Origin: Antedon mediterranea
Lineage: Eukaryota; Animalia; Echinodermata
Assembly: GCF_964355755.1 (NCBI RefSeq)
Contig: NC_092672.1
Coordinates: 18,117,237 to 18,181,236, forward strand
DNA: 64,000 nt
Reading direction: 5' to 3'
The translations under genes were made by a program, and so were the position numbers. This document shows, piece after piece, positions 28,001-40,433 of this stretch. Every line of letters starts with the position of its first letter. Position 1 is the first letter of the stretch. The notes under the pieces are model-generated. The model was not told where the DNA came from and searched no databases. It worked only from the letters and a program-made list of their open reading frames with translations.

Positions 28001-31000
28001 GGTTAAAGGATTTGCTCCGAATAGGTGTTTTTCACAAACTGATTTACATTATGAAATAATAGTATGTTAACTTGGTCCCATTTCTTTTTGTACCCAACTT
28101 TATTTTGGCTAGGATCTATCAACGCATTTTTTTTCTGTAATGCAATGTGTACATATTTATGTAACCCTGCCATGGTTTACCATGTTTTCCTTATTAGAAA
28201 TGAAAGGAAACTAACAGGAAAGTAAAACGACCCGTAGGAAGACCAAGAAATATTATAACTGGATGAATCAAATAAAGAAAGACTTACAAGGACTAGTAGA
28301 CACTAACACAATAACAAACCATCCTGCCATAAACAGAAAAAAATGGAAACAAATTGTGGAAAGCGTAATGTCGGAAGACGGAAAACGTTAGCAACCTTAT
28401 TAGATTTTTGCTATACTTTGTAGTGTAGTAGAATAATCCTTTCTTTGTTGTTAAGCCCAAGTTTTAATTAGTTGTTTATCTTTTTGTTAGAACTTCCTTT
28501 GCTGTTTATGTCATTATGTCATAAACTATGTGGTAATGCATGAGAGCTTTCTGTTTTTCTATAGACACTGACCAATAAGGGCCAGTTTACCCTTTAAAAT
28601 ATATGACTTTATTTAAAGCTAACTTACGTTTTACTGTACTGCAGTATAATTACATTACCGAACTAAGTTTTAAGTTCGCGTTGATTGGAAGTTTACATTA
28701 CCGAACTAAGTTTTAAAGTTCGCGTTGATTGGAAGTTTGTGCTAGTTTGGCATATTGCACTAAAAAAACTATATTTGATCGACTGTATTGTACATATTGA
28801 AGACTGTTCGTTTTATTTTGAATATTGGCTCTTTGTATAGGTGAGTGATTGAACACCAATTTACTTTGTTCTATATTTAAAGTTCATTATTGTATAAGTA
28901 TATTACTGTTGTTATTATTTACAGTTAATGCTGTTTTAATGGAAGTCATTACAGTATACTGTAGTATAACTTAACATGACATTATTATCAATTATGTTTA
29001 AACCTATTTTTATAAATGGAATGTTTCCATGATTGGTGTGTTACTGTTAGGGTAAGCAGGCTCAAGATAGACCTATTACTGTATATCATATAGGCATTGT
29101 ATAGATCAGCAAATTGTTATTTTCCTCTTTTACTTATTTATTGTTCTTTAAGACAATGTTTCATTTTCCTTTTTCATTATGTTATTTTTGAGACAACGAT
29201 TGCCATTATGAAGTCGTTTTATGACTATTGCCATGTAAGGCTGATAATGTACTTATGGTACATTCAATGTTAAACTATTTTAGACAGTATACTGTATTAT
29301 TATACTGTATCCGAAGAACCACTGGTTCTCGGACACCGAAATTATCTGTATAAAGTAGACTGCTATATAAATTAACTGTATTCATCTACCGTAAGGCGAA
29401 AAACGCAAGACGGAGGTCAAGGTCGCCGTTGGAAGCGGTAGCTACCTTATCTTGAATAACCTTATCGGCGCCTTAGATAAGTCATACTTTCCGTTCTCTA
29501 TTGTTTTATTTTTTTTTTATTCTAGTTTGGTCGAATAAACCGTGTTTTGTTCCATTTAAATTTATGTTCTGATGTTTTTGTATTTGAGTTACGTTTGCGC
29601 TATATTTATTCGTTAAGATTAATTATAAAAGTTGCGGAAACAAACCTGGGTTACATTTATTTATGTGCCTTTTCACAATGTTAGTTGTGTTTTAACACAT
29701 TATTTAACAGGCTTTGCCTTTGTTGCACGTATTCCACCTTAAGCTTTTATTAATGATGGCCACAATTATATTTGTGAGGTAATTATATTCAACTTTAACA
29801 TCGTGTCTGTACTGTGTGTGGAGTGCCTTGCATTCACTTTGACAATTTCGGATTACGATACAGACACGGTACCTTTACTTGAGGGTATGCGAGCAAAGTG
29901 AGCGTACTGTCAAGTATATCTAATTAAAGATGTTATATAAATAAGAAATAGTTGAAAATTACAGGTGTGTTTTACCTCCAATTCTTTTACTTTCATTTCT
30001 TCCATTTCCTGAAAATGTTTGTCCCTCATTGATTGTAAATTCTTAATTCTTTGTTCTTGTTCTTCCCTTTCTCTGTCTTTTTCTTGCATCTCCTGTATCT
30101 GTCTTTGTTGTTCTGAACTGAGCACAGCTTGGAATCGTCTCATGTCATTCATCTGTAGTCTCTGCATTTCAAGAAATTGGTCATTGGCCATTTGCCAAGT
30201 TCGTTTTAGGTTGTCATGTTCACTTTTTTCTTTTTCTAAGCGCTTACAAACTAATTGAAAAAAAAAAATTTATGATTATATAGTGTTCCTCAATCTGTAA
30301 TGATGATTTACACTGTGTTTCTGCTGCATACCCTCAAAATACTGTAATTTTTTTAAATTAAAGTTTGCTCGAACAAACTTTGCTAATGTAGACTACTTTA
30401 GGTGTGGTGTGATGACAACTTGTAATTAAAATTATTAGACAGAGACAACACATTTTAACACGGACAAACTTGTGGTTTGCACCATATAAAACAATGATCA
30501 TTTATTTTGTTCATAACATCAGTGCAAACATGCAAAATATAAACTTGTAATATTCCAGAAACCAGAAATTGTAAAGTTATACAGTATTTCAAATTTTTTG
30601 TTGTCGCAAAACAAAGTCATTAAGAGTAAACAAACAATAAATTCAGAAGCAGGAAGATCACGATAATCAAAAAATCAAATCCACCAACCATCAAAGAGTT
30701 CTTTACTGCGAGCATCAACTTCTTCTTGCAGGACTGATTTCTGTTTATTCAATACTGCTACATACATCTCAAGATCTACCCTTGAAGCCTTCTCATTGTC
30801 TAAGGTATTACTTAGTTCTTGAATCTACAAGAATTTAAATCAAAATAATAATCGCAGAAGGTTCACTGGAAAAACATTAATTGCTCAATAATACGGGCAT
30901 GACGTATGTTACAACACTACACATCTATCTGCTAGTGTGGGGGCGGTTATCAACGCTCTGTTAAAAGTCCTACGAATTTCGAATGCAAAAATCGTTTATA

Positions 31001-34000
31001 ATTTATATTTACTCTTTTATGGTTTAGTTGGTTGTTAGGTCATCAACCACGTACAAGCTTTTAGCTTTTTGTTGATGGACCTTTTCGTCTTTTAATGTAA
31101 TTTATTCTATGTTTAATGACATTTTTCTTTTCTCTTGAATGAAAATGAATAAAATGAAATATATCAGGGAAACATGACATTAAATGAATTGCAAGTATCT
31201 TAAACTAAACTTCAAAGGTTGCAATTCGATGATTATATGAACAACTACTGTAATTAATGAAAATGAGAGATGTCCAACATTTATTAAAATGTTAATTTTG
31301 TGGCTTTCTCGAAAGCTTTTACCAATTGTTCTAAACCGAAGAATCTGAAGGCCTTGATAAAAAGCACAAGACCACTTGTTCTGAGTGATCTAAGGTACGA
31401 AGTGCCATGTACAGTTCCTTCTAAAAGGGGACATGAATTGGTAAATTTTAGAGTTACATACTGTAAACATGTATAACATTAAAGATTAGAACTTGTCTTC
31501 ATTAAAAAAAGAGCTTTCATTTATTAATTAAACGGTTATCAAGAATTTGATGATGTCACGAAAGGTCCTCACAGTATGTTGGCAAAAAGAAATAGAAAAT
31601 TGTCTTAATTGTCTATTGTTAGTAAAACGCTTTACAGTATTTAATAATGCCGTATGGCACCAGGGTGCACTAATAAAGGTTACTACAAAATCAGGAAATT
31701 CTACGGAAATGGCTCAACACAACGCAACTAAAACCATCCACCGCCAGTGAGCATTTCGAAAAAGATTGCTATATGAAAGACTTGAAAGCATAGCTTTTTA
31801 AAAAAAAATTATTCTGTCCCTACATTGATTGATTTTCAAGCTATAAAAAAGTTACAAAAAATTCTAGGCCTAACCCGACAGTATCCGACGACATGGAGAG
31901 ACGATCGCGAATGTATGGAGGCTAGAGAGAAATGCTACCCTTTTAAAGCCTAGTTTCCTCTGTCTTCATCAATTATCGTACCCAGCCATAACAGTACATA
32001 GCATTGGCGTTTGTCACCACCGTTTTTCCGCAGCGCCTATGCTTATACACTGTCGCACTGAAAACGCTATGTTATTTTTGTTTTTCACGTTCAGCTGGTC
32101 ACGAATGTTCACCAGATGAGAGGCTGACGTATACCTTGTTGATTTATAAACTCTAGGCCTTACTACAAGATGTGTACTACTGTGTGTTTAGGTTGAGGAT
32201 GTGATATACACTACAAGCATGTGTATGCGAGTTTAGCGTAATGGTTATGTAACCAGCCTTTCAATTAACAATAGCTTCAGCTGACTACAATACAACAGCA
32301 ACGGCAAAATCAAAAGGGTGAATTTGAAAAGAAATAGGGATTTGAAAAGAAATAGGGTTTTATTAAACTACTCGCATCAAAAAACCTTGACCACATATCT
32401 ATCTGTATTTTCATTTTGGGAAAGATCTTGTAATTACTTTTTGAGTAATCCTGCTAACAAACAAACATACAAACAAACACTTACTAAGTGATCGCTTACA
32501 TATACAAGTATTAATTTTTTTAAATACCTTTTCTTCTAAGTCAGTTGCAGATCGTTTTGTTGACTTTGAACCTGTCAAATCAGACATCATTTGCTAAAAT
32601 AAACAAAAAAGAATTTAGTGTTTTTAATAAATAAGAAACCTTTGTTAGAACTTTTACATGCAATTGGGATGTAAACAAACAAAAAATAAATATACCTCAA
32701 GTTGTAGTTTAAGATGCTTATTTTGTCTTTCAGATGCTTCTAATTTCTGTTTCTGTTTTTTAAGATCTTCCTCTAGTGGTATGATGATAGACTTTAACAA
32801 ATCGGAGTCCTTCCTGGCCTGTATCGTTCAATACAATTTGATGTTAAACAATGTTACATAAAATTATTAGTAAACTGCAAGCTACATTTACTGAGTCTTC
32901 ACTTGAAGAAATGATACTTGTACTAAAATGTCTATTACAGTACCAACAAAATACATTCTAAAGACCAAAGTAATAAGATAAATATTTTGGCACATATGGC
33001 GTTTCATATGTATACTACTTGCTTAAAATCCATCTGGGCAAACATGTACATGTCATATGGTTGGACAAGAATTCTTGGTGCATACGATTATCTGGTTGTT
33101 TAGTTTCAGCCGCATGCGATTGGCTGCTCACTCGAAAATGAATTTTTGTAATTTCAAAGATCGAACAACTAAGATGATGTGCAATGCACTATGTTACGTT
33201 TTGACAATGTGGAGACACACATGCGTGTACATTTAATTTTAGTTAATTTTACGCCTACTGGTAAACAGTTTACAGAGTAATGGAATTTTCCTCAAGAACA
33301 GGAAAACTGGATCTTATTGTTATCTTTATTCCCACCCAGATCCACCTTGCCCTGCGTGGTAGTAATGTCGGTGATATATACCTAGGCCCATATTGGCATT
33401 TTAGTTGCTAGATCGCTCATACGAGTACAACCACTACACTTGTTATTGTAACAAACACTTGGCAACACTCTTATAATACCGGTCACAATTTATATTTCAA
33501 CAATTGTCGAAAAATTTTGAAATCAAAATAATTACAGACTTGGGGCAAGTCTAAGACCGAACCTGTATGAATGATAGATTTGGTTTTAAAGCGGAAACAG
33601 TTATGGCAAATTTTATGTTCAAATCTATAACACTACAATTGGATAGCCTTTTTCGTTAATTGACTATTCTTGGCCACTCGCACTGGTTAAACTAAAGGTG
33701 TGAAACCAAATTAAGTGCAATCTTGTATCAGACTGGAATGGCACAGAGCATTTGCTCATACAAATTATACTTTGCTAATTATTTGGTTGGAATAAGGGGA
33801 TGATCACAATACCGATTCCAATTTGTTTTGGTCAAATATTTGTGTGGATTTTCCATGATTCATTTCTATAGGTATAGGCCTAATTAAAAATTAATTTGGG
33901 AAACTGACTGACAATTCGGACATGAGAGGTGGGACAAAAGAAAATCTTAAAAACACATGGTGTTGATGGGGGTCTGAACAGTTTGGTGGGTAAGTATAGA

Positions 34001-37000
34001 TATATCAAAAACATTTTTAAAATGCATCTTGAATGAAAAATATTTTTTACTTGGCTTAATTTGATTCACCTGATTCATACTCTGTTCTAGAGACTCGTCT
34101 TCAGTATTGGCACTAGGTACATCTCTTGACACTGTCAAACTTTTAATAGACTTTGTCACTGCACTTAATATACCTTTATCACTAAAATAAGGAATCAAAA
34201 AAATACTTGAATTGTCAAAGGAAAGAAACCAAACTCTTTATTTTATTATATGATGCCTCCCAACTAATGCTTTTAAATTTATAGGCAGGGCAGTCTATAA
34301 TGTTTGCATTTGTGCAAGGCAGTGATTGTTTTTTGTTGTTGTATTGTTAGTTAGTGCAATTATGCTTTGTTATCTTTTGTTTTCTTTCTGGATGTATTTA
34401 TCTTGTTTTCTGGTTCAGTACCATTTCATTTTGCATTGATGTTAATTTGGTAATATCTAATATTTTTTCTTATACTGATTGCAACAAGATTATTCAAATT
34501 GAATTAAGGTTTGGAAATATATTTTACTTGCCTTTCTCCAGAAGCATTTTCATTGATATAGTGATGAAGTTTCTGTAGTTCCTCTGTTAGGCGATCATTT
34601 GCTTCTAATAACTTTAGTCGCTCTTGTTGATAAGTTGCACTTATTTCTTCTGTGGTAACAGCAACTGCTTCTGTAATACAAGTATTTGAGATGAGATCCT
34701 ACTAAAAGGTTAGTTTGCTTCTCACATTGGAATCACTCATGTCATAAAAAAGATAAACAAATCATGAACCAATATAGAAAAGTAGCAAAAATAAACAATT
34801 AACAGAAACAACATATAGCTATGTTTGTTATGAAACACTCCCCAAAAAATATTAAATATTAATTCTGTAGTTTATCATTTTAAATGTCCTGAAAAACTTT
34901 CAACTAGTGTATGTATAACAGTAGCATCTTTGAGATGCTTTCTACTGTACATGTTTCTGTTAATTGCTTATTTTTGTTATTTATTCGATTGGTTCATTAT
35001 AAGTTAGTTTTATACTATACAGTTAACTTCTTGTTGATTTATTGTTACTCAGTGGTTTTGTTTTCAGGAATAAAATTATGTACAATTTTATTAATCAAAA
35101 TTATAACAAAGGAGTTACTTCCTTAATATAAGCTCTGTCTACACTATTAAACTTTATGTGACAACAAAATGTGCCCAAGTATGGACATGATGATGTCATA
35201 TCACTACCATATTTAGGCATATCACTACCATATTTTGCATATCACTACCATACAGTATTTGAGCATATCACACCTTTTTTGTCAAACCAGTTTGATAGTG
35301 TAGACAGAGCTTTATTAATGTTTTTAACTACTGCCTCAGTTTAGGTTGTACTACACATGGGGAATAGTATTTATACTCCTTTTATTAACAAGAAATGTGA
35401 ACCTGCTGTGTATTCATGAATAAATGTTAATTTCTATTTAAATGCATTAGCTTTATTTGATTTGATCACTTTATTTCAGAATAAATATTCCATATATACT
35501 ATATATACAACAACAAATAATAACAAAACCGAAAATCAAACTAAAATAGCAGTTTTTCCCACTTAGTGTAGAGATTTGAATATCGGAACAAATAGTTTGT
35601 GGTACACCTAACCAAATCGTTTTCACTATTCACAACTCTTAATCTAAAACCATAGACGCACTTGCGTACATGCTCGTAAAAAGAGGGAATTCCCCCGTGG
35701 CAAACATTTACAACAAAAAATGAATGAATACTGTACCATCAACCATCTTCTGCATGGAAGCAATGTCTTGTTGATGTTTAATTTTTAAGTCATTTAACTC
35801 TTCATATTTAGAAGTCTCTGCAAATGCTGTCAAAGTCTTCATTTCTTCTAGTTCCTTACTGAAATTATCCCGTTGTTCTTGAATGCTATTTGCTTCTTTG
35901 ACCAACTCAGCTATAAATAAAAAGTTCAGTTTGGACATTTAACACTAAAATTTTCATCATTTTTATATAACACACCTTAGTAGATTCTTGTCATTTGTTA
36001 GGAGGATTGTGGGACATATGTTGTTCAATAAAAACTCCACTGAACTCTTACATCATCAAGAGTGCAATTTATTTATATATATGCGAGTGTAATTTTGTTA
36101 AATGTTGTTATTTGCTCGTTCATTACTAGGGATTTTCATGTCGACTGTTACCATTTATGGTATGCACATGCGATAGGGGAGTAGCATGTTGAGCACTTGT
36201 TTAGTGGCATTTTGGCATTCGTTATCTAACATGAGTTTGAGTGGACATATGACATCATAACACAGCAAAAGTTTACCAAAATAATGGTGGAGAATGATTT
36301 CGCAATGATTTTATGAGAATGTAGTAAAGTGAATTTCAGTAAAATTATATTTCCAAACTGTGAATTATTAGTTTTTATTGGTTATTTTTAATAAAGCTTT
36401 TAATAATACAGGTTATGGTCTAGGACACCAGCCACAAAATTAAGGATCCTAAGCTGTACACTTAGCCTGGCCTAAGCCAGTGTACTGCCACCGGTCCAGC
36501 GCAGTGGAATAGCTCCTTTATACCTTCTCTTGCAAGAAAGAGCTCTTTGAACTTGGCTCTTTTTTGTGCAAAGTCTGCTTCCATTCCTTGTCTTTGTTGT
36601 ATTAATAACTGCTGGTTTTTCTGCAGTTCTATATTCTGACTTTTAAGTATTGATATTTCATTGTCCTGGGTACCTGAAAAAACAATAAATTAACACAACA
36701 ATTCAACAACACATTGTTCTAGAAATTATAATATGTTTGCTAGATCAGCAGATTGGACCGGTCATCACAAACATATTTCAAACAAAATGTCTAAATGCAT
36801 TGTTAATCATCATTAATCATGTGTTATAAAACAGATAAAATATTATTTTCCTCAGCACATTTTACTTTCTTTGTATAATTCGCTTATATTACCACATTTA
36901 CTATATTGCAATATTATATGGTCAGCTGATTAGTGATTACCATTGAAATTTACGGTTCAGGGACGATTCGGCCCGGGACTATTCGGCCCACTTTTGGAAA

Positions 37001-40000
37001 CGTCTCACTTTAGACCAAATTCATATTCATTTTTTTGGGTATTTATCAAGTTTTTAAAGGTGTTTAACAATCCGTATTTTATTGATATTGACAAAGTTGA
37101 TATAATATATAATAAATTACTAAAAAAACGTAATTTTATATTCAATTTATTACTTCGAAAACCTTGTTTATTTCTTGCATTCGCCAAGCGGCCAACAGAG
37201 GGCGTAACTTGTTTACATCGTTCGCGTGACTAAAAATTGATCATTTTCGACAATGTTTTCAAAATGTTTGCTTTATTGCATCTTTATCCCTAGTAGTACT
37301 ACACCATATAGTCTCTCTGGAAATAACGTTTGGGGAAAAAATTAATTTTGTGCTTATAAAATGCCGATAAATTTAAGTGTGCCGAATCGTCTCAGGGCCG
37401 AATCGTCCCGGGCCGAATAGTCCCGGGCTGAATCGTCCCAGGGCCGAATCGTCCCGGGCCGAATCGTCTCAGGGCCGAATCGTCCCGTTACCAAATTTAC
37501 ATAGAATTTTCATTTTTTTAAAACGTGTTGTTTCGAATATTAAACTTTGAACCATCTAAAACTGCATCAGAACCTTTGTTTAAACAAGAAATATTTCTTA
37601 CAAAAAACGCTGCTCGCTTGTTGACGTAACAGTTTTAAAGATATATTGTCTCCCTAAAATTGGTTTTTTTCGTGCCGCTGCTCTAGCCAGCTATGTCCCA
37701 TGAGGACATATTCATTAATAAGCTGTTTCATAGCGGTAGCTTTAGTATCTAAGGTCTGCCAATTTGCAAACTCAACTATAATTTATAGGTCCCAGTTGCT
37801 GGACCCAAAAAACGTCTGGGAAAAGAGAGTCTATGAGGGCTCACGGTTCAACGATTTTGGATTCTTGCCCTTTGATTGGTTGATGCGAATCAACAGATTG
37901 TGGAAGAATTTTCACTTGTACCACATACGTTGTCTCTAGAGGGTTGCATGCCTGCAACAGTTTAGGTTGAGGTCACACATAAACAGGCTACTGCACAGCA
38001 CAGTAAAGTTCAAAATTGACCATTTTTGAATTAGTAGATTATTATTTGTAGGCAAAAAATACATTGTTGGAAAGGTACACATTCCTGTTCTTTCAAATGC
38101 TGTGTATAAAATTAACTAGTGAAAAAATGGGCATGTGATTCATAAATATAGAACTATCTGTGATTTGTATGTATCTTTGAGATTAAAGGACATCTTTTTA
38201 ATAATTAATCATAAATTAATCAAAAGAACAATGATTAATTTTAAAATTTCGAGCGGCGTTTTTTGTAAGAAATATTTCTTGTTTAAAATTTGCTTTCGAA
38301 TGTGTCATTTTAATGATATTCACTTTATGATGAGCAATTATTATATACTATTTTTTTTAATCTCTCTTTACAGGTCCTGGAGTATAGAAGATGGGATTTT
38401 CATTGGCAAATCTCACCGTTTAAGGTACAAATATATTATTTTATGATGATAAATAAATGTCATTGTTAAGAATAAGATTCTTTAAATGTAATGATTTAAA
38501 CGTACCTGTACATCAACGGCGTGGTGTTATATTTATTTGCAAGAAATGATGACGTAGAGACAATATAAATATTACTGTAAAATACTTCATTGAATATATA
38601 AAATATAAAAATTTAAGAAATAATTTTGAGTGATAGGCGGATAATTTCATTTTATGGTAGGAGATGAGGCGAGTAAACTTTCCTTATGCATGCTCAGCAC
38701 ATGGTTTTGCTGACTCGATCCCGGAGATTCCCCTTTTAAAGTAAAATATCAACAATAATGATACTATAGACGTAAAGGTGACCTGAATTAAACATTTTAG
38801 AGTTACATACTGTAAACATGTATAACATTAAAGATTACAACTTGTCTTCATTACAAAGAGAGCTTTCATTTATTAATTTCAAGTTCAGGTAATTAGCATA
38901 GAAGACATCTGATTTGACAGGGATTTTATGACGTCACGAAAGGTCCTTACAATTCAACGCAATCTTAATCGCGATGATACACATGCAGTATGGCAGATAT
39001 TGAGACAATAGAAAACTGGCTCAGGTACACGCATGAATTTTAAATATAATATCTGGTTAATTGTACATAGATCAAATATTTGTATAGATAAGATGAAAAA
39101 ACATGAATTTCCCTTAAAATGGTAAAATACCAAATTTGGCAAAATTCTGATATAAAAACTAGGAAGACCTTTTTTCAGTAGTTAGGTAGTTTAACCTAAT
39201 GTAATTAACGTGTCTGGTGACTCCCTAGAAGGTGAAAAAAAAAGATGGTGGATATACAGTACAGTGGATATACAGTACAGTGGATTGTACATTTTTTTTT
39301 GGTTTTTATCAAGTTTTTAAAGGTGTTTAACAATCCGTATTTTATTGATATTGGCAATGTTGATAAAATAAATTACTAAAAAAAACCAAAGTTTATATTC
39401 AATTTCTTACTTCGAAAACTTTGTTTATTTTGTGCATTCGCCAAGCGACCAACAGAGGGCGTAAATTGTTTACATCGTTAACGTGACTAATGATAATTTT
39501 CGACAATTTTTTCTAAATGTTTGCTTTATTGCATCTTTATCCATACTACAGTTACAGTAGGTCTTAGCCTAGTAGGGCCTAGTAGTACTAGACCTACAAC
39601 ATATAAATTATGCCGTGGCTATTAAAGATACGGTACCATATCCTAACTTCAGTGACGTAATGCAATTTTACCGTACCTTTAGCAAACGGAAGTTAGGATA
39701 CGGTACCGGCGTATAAATGTATTCTATATCTGTCCTGAAAATAAAGTTTGGGGGAAAAAGCTTATTTATGCTTATAACTGTGCCGAATTGTCTCAGGGCT
39801 GAATCGTCTCAGGGCCGAATCGTCCCGCTACCGTATCAGCTAGGCCTAGGCTAGGCCCCTCTACTCTAGCTAGCTAGGCCTAGCCTAGTAGCCTAGCTAG
39901 TACAGTAGTACTAGTAGAGTACTACTGTACTCTATCTAGCCTAGGCTAGGCTAAGTAGGAGGTTTACTTACTAATAGTAGTAGGCTATGCCTACTTGGTC

Positions 40001-40224
40001 TATCATTTAGGTAGAATAAATAATTGTAGCATACGTTTACCTGGAACAGTCACATCCCCTGGTTCAATAAAAGGTTCTAGGCCTAGCTGCCCATAAACGC
40101 CAACATACCGGCCACCGCCCGTCAATGAATCCCCGGGTGGTACACAACCTTCTCCGGCTGCTGCAGCAGCTGCCTGCATCCCAACTAGGCCTGGGCCTAA
40201 GTTCTTCTGGGTCTGATTTTGCAT
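10067..40224 (-). CDS. RABEP1: Rab GTPase-binding effector protein 1 (Rabaptin-5) with C-terminal FYVE-like zinc finger; 21 coding exons, ~994 aa
   Basis: Exons in transcript order: 40041-40224, 36524-36673, 35737-35910, 34532-34670, 34070-34181, 32696-32818, 32528-32593, 30689-30824, 29976-30250, 26473-26770, 24131-24258, 23763-23885, 23110-23208, 21562-21660, 20842-20880, 20273-20374, 19445-19634, 14759-14913, 14270-14386, 11960-12070, 10067-10231. All intron phases are compatible and the total of 2985 nt is open. Rabaptin motifs: FAQKRAKFKELFLARE, DLEMYVAVLNKQKSVLQEE, CDMCVNYEQQLQ, SETVQHDLVKLSQTLQVQLE. FYVE-like region: WQHEDDVDSCNGC..KKHHCMHCCKVFCSDC..PVCNIC. Exon 1 is the least certain. 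Confidence 0.92.
12130..12420 (-). mobile_element. tRNA-derived Deu/Nin-domain-like SINE (degenerate); related copy at ~59640-59832
   Basis: Minus strand has A-box gtggccgagtggtta and B-box gggttcgaggctc. The central ggttctttaaagtgcac segment resembles the Deu domain, and the two loci are similar. Confidence 0.55.
12557..14220. repeat. Complex minisatellite, ~49 units of 33/35/37 bp (CAATGCACACTCACTCACTCACACAAGATTACT) in RABEP1 intron 19
   Basis: Direct reading; length variants arise in the CACT/CA microsatellite core. Confidence 0.97.
14441..14507. repeat. 13-bp repeat TTGGTGATGACAT, ~5 copies
   Basis: Direct reading. Confidence 0.9.
15330..15790 (-). mobile_element. 3' fragment of a CR1/L2-like LINE
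   Basis: ORF 15489-15788 has HVTRSS...RILNNLPGEIRN..SVSSFK, typical of the ORF2 C-terminus of this LINE group. Confidence 0.6.
15840..18224 (-). mobile_element. Degenerate L2/CR1-like LINE RT fragment (18224-18111 and 16739-15840), split by a Helitron
   Basis: The minus strand of 18224-18111 gives YVNDLSRVSYTLHVISFADDTTLFFSHSDL. It continues below 16739 with KTNYILF...FLGVLIQENLRWTSH and LYNSLILPHLHYCNIIW. Confidence 0.8.
16740..18110 (+). mobile_element. Non-autonomous Helitron (5'-TC...CTAG-3', inserted between A and T)
   Basis: Starts a|TCTATATATAAA and ends with a 13-bp hairpin CTAGATGGTACGC/GCGTACCATCTAG|t. No TSD, and removal restores the flanking LINE. Other copies at 61982-63312 and ~27290-28050. 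Confidence 0.85.
18227..18620 (+). mobile_element. DNA-transposon-like remnant (GGGTCATTCCA end); related copy at ~58397-58660
   Basis: Both loci share gggtcattccata.caaatca and ttgacct.ggatttgaccttg. Confidence 0.5.
18620..19070 (+). mobile_element. Degenerate L2/CR1-like LINE fragment
   Basis: Frameshifted WFIADRLTVNTKKTNYIVF, KFLGV, KIYNSLILP and LQKKALRIV motifs. Confidence 0.65.
19745..20255. mobile_element. MITE with ~40-bp imperfect TIRs; related end at ~35964-36040
   Basis: tataacacctaacaaattcctgtcgtttaattgg is inversely matched by ctgattaaaaggacaggaatctatttagatgttaca. Confidence 0.5.
22217..22354. mobile_element. Palindromic MITE (Harbinger/Tourist-like)
   Basis: AAGCTTGGTTGCCACTAG ... 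CTAGTGGGAACCAAGCTT with TA flanks. Confidence 0.65.
22730..23120 (-). repeat. 17-bp tandem repeat x23 (minus-strand unit CACAGACACAG/GTGAGT) overlapping the RABEP1 exon-13 donor
   Basis: 391 bp equals 23 x 17. Three units carry a single substitution (CACAGACGCAG). Confidence 0.97.
24716..26127. mobile_element. Non-autonomous hAT (Charlie-like) element
   Basis: Inverted ends (cgccg)ttccgcaacc / ggttgcggaa(tgcag). The flanking 8-mers gtttaaat and gtttaagt form a TSD with one mismatch. Confidence 0.65.
27290..28050 (+). mobile_element. Older partial copy of the 16740-18110 Helitron family
   Basis: Collinear similarity: tttaggttcaacgatttgccccaaatag, tacagcatcataatgt, aggcctactaat.aagtt. Confidence 0.7.
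28160..29655 (+). mobile_element. Probable solo LTR (TG...CA, 4-bp TSD), containing a short LINE 3' fragment at ~28190-28390
   Basis: TGTAACCC...GGGTTACA inverted ends flanked by TTTA on both sides. TATA-like tatataa (~29364) and AATAAA (~29534) lie in LTR order. The inner fragment encodes KRPVGRPR..WMNQIKKDL. Confidence 0.6.
35130..35312. mobile_element. MITE with 17-bp TIR and internal ATATCACTACCAT repeats
   Basis: AAGCTCTGTCTACACTA ... TAGTGTAGACAGAGCTT. Confidence 0.7.
36954..37492. mobile_element. Non-autonomous TIR element with subterminal GGGCCGAATCGTCCC repeats and 8-bp TSD (Mutator- or Merlin-like)
   Basis: GGTTCAGGGACGATTCGGCCC ... GGGCCGAATCGTCCCGTTACC. Exact TSD AAATTTAC at 36946-36953 and 37493-37500. 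Confidence 0.85.
39290..39832. mobile_element. Second, left-truncated copy of the 36954-37492 element with a small palindromic insert (~39632-39708); repeat-array fragment also at 40453-40540
   Basis: Collinear with 37030-37492. Insert ends are ggtaccatatcctaacttc and gaagttaggatacggtacc. Confidence 0.75.
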
Positions 40225-40419
40225 AATTAATCAGTTATGGTTGAACCATTTAAGTACTGTACTTAATGATGTCAATAATATAATGTACTTAATGAAATTA
40301 ACCTTCATAAGTAGCGAGATTTCTAAAATATAGCAATAATTGTTTCATTGCAAACCGTAGTAACTTCTTCCACAAAAAAAAAAACAGAATCGCAGATGAT
40401 GATCAATAATTTTATAACC

Positions 40420-40433
40420 AGTGCGCATGCTCA
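40420..40433. promoter_or_regulatory. NRF1-like TGCGCATGC motif in the putative RABEP1 proximal promoter
   Basis: gtgcgcatgctc lies ~200 bp upstream of the proposed ATG (40224); motif match only. Confidence 0.3.
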
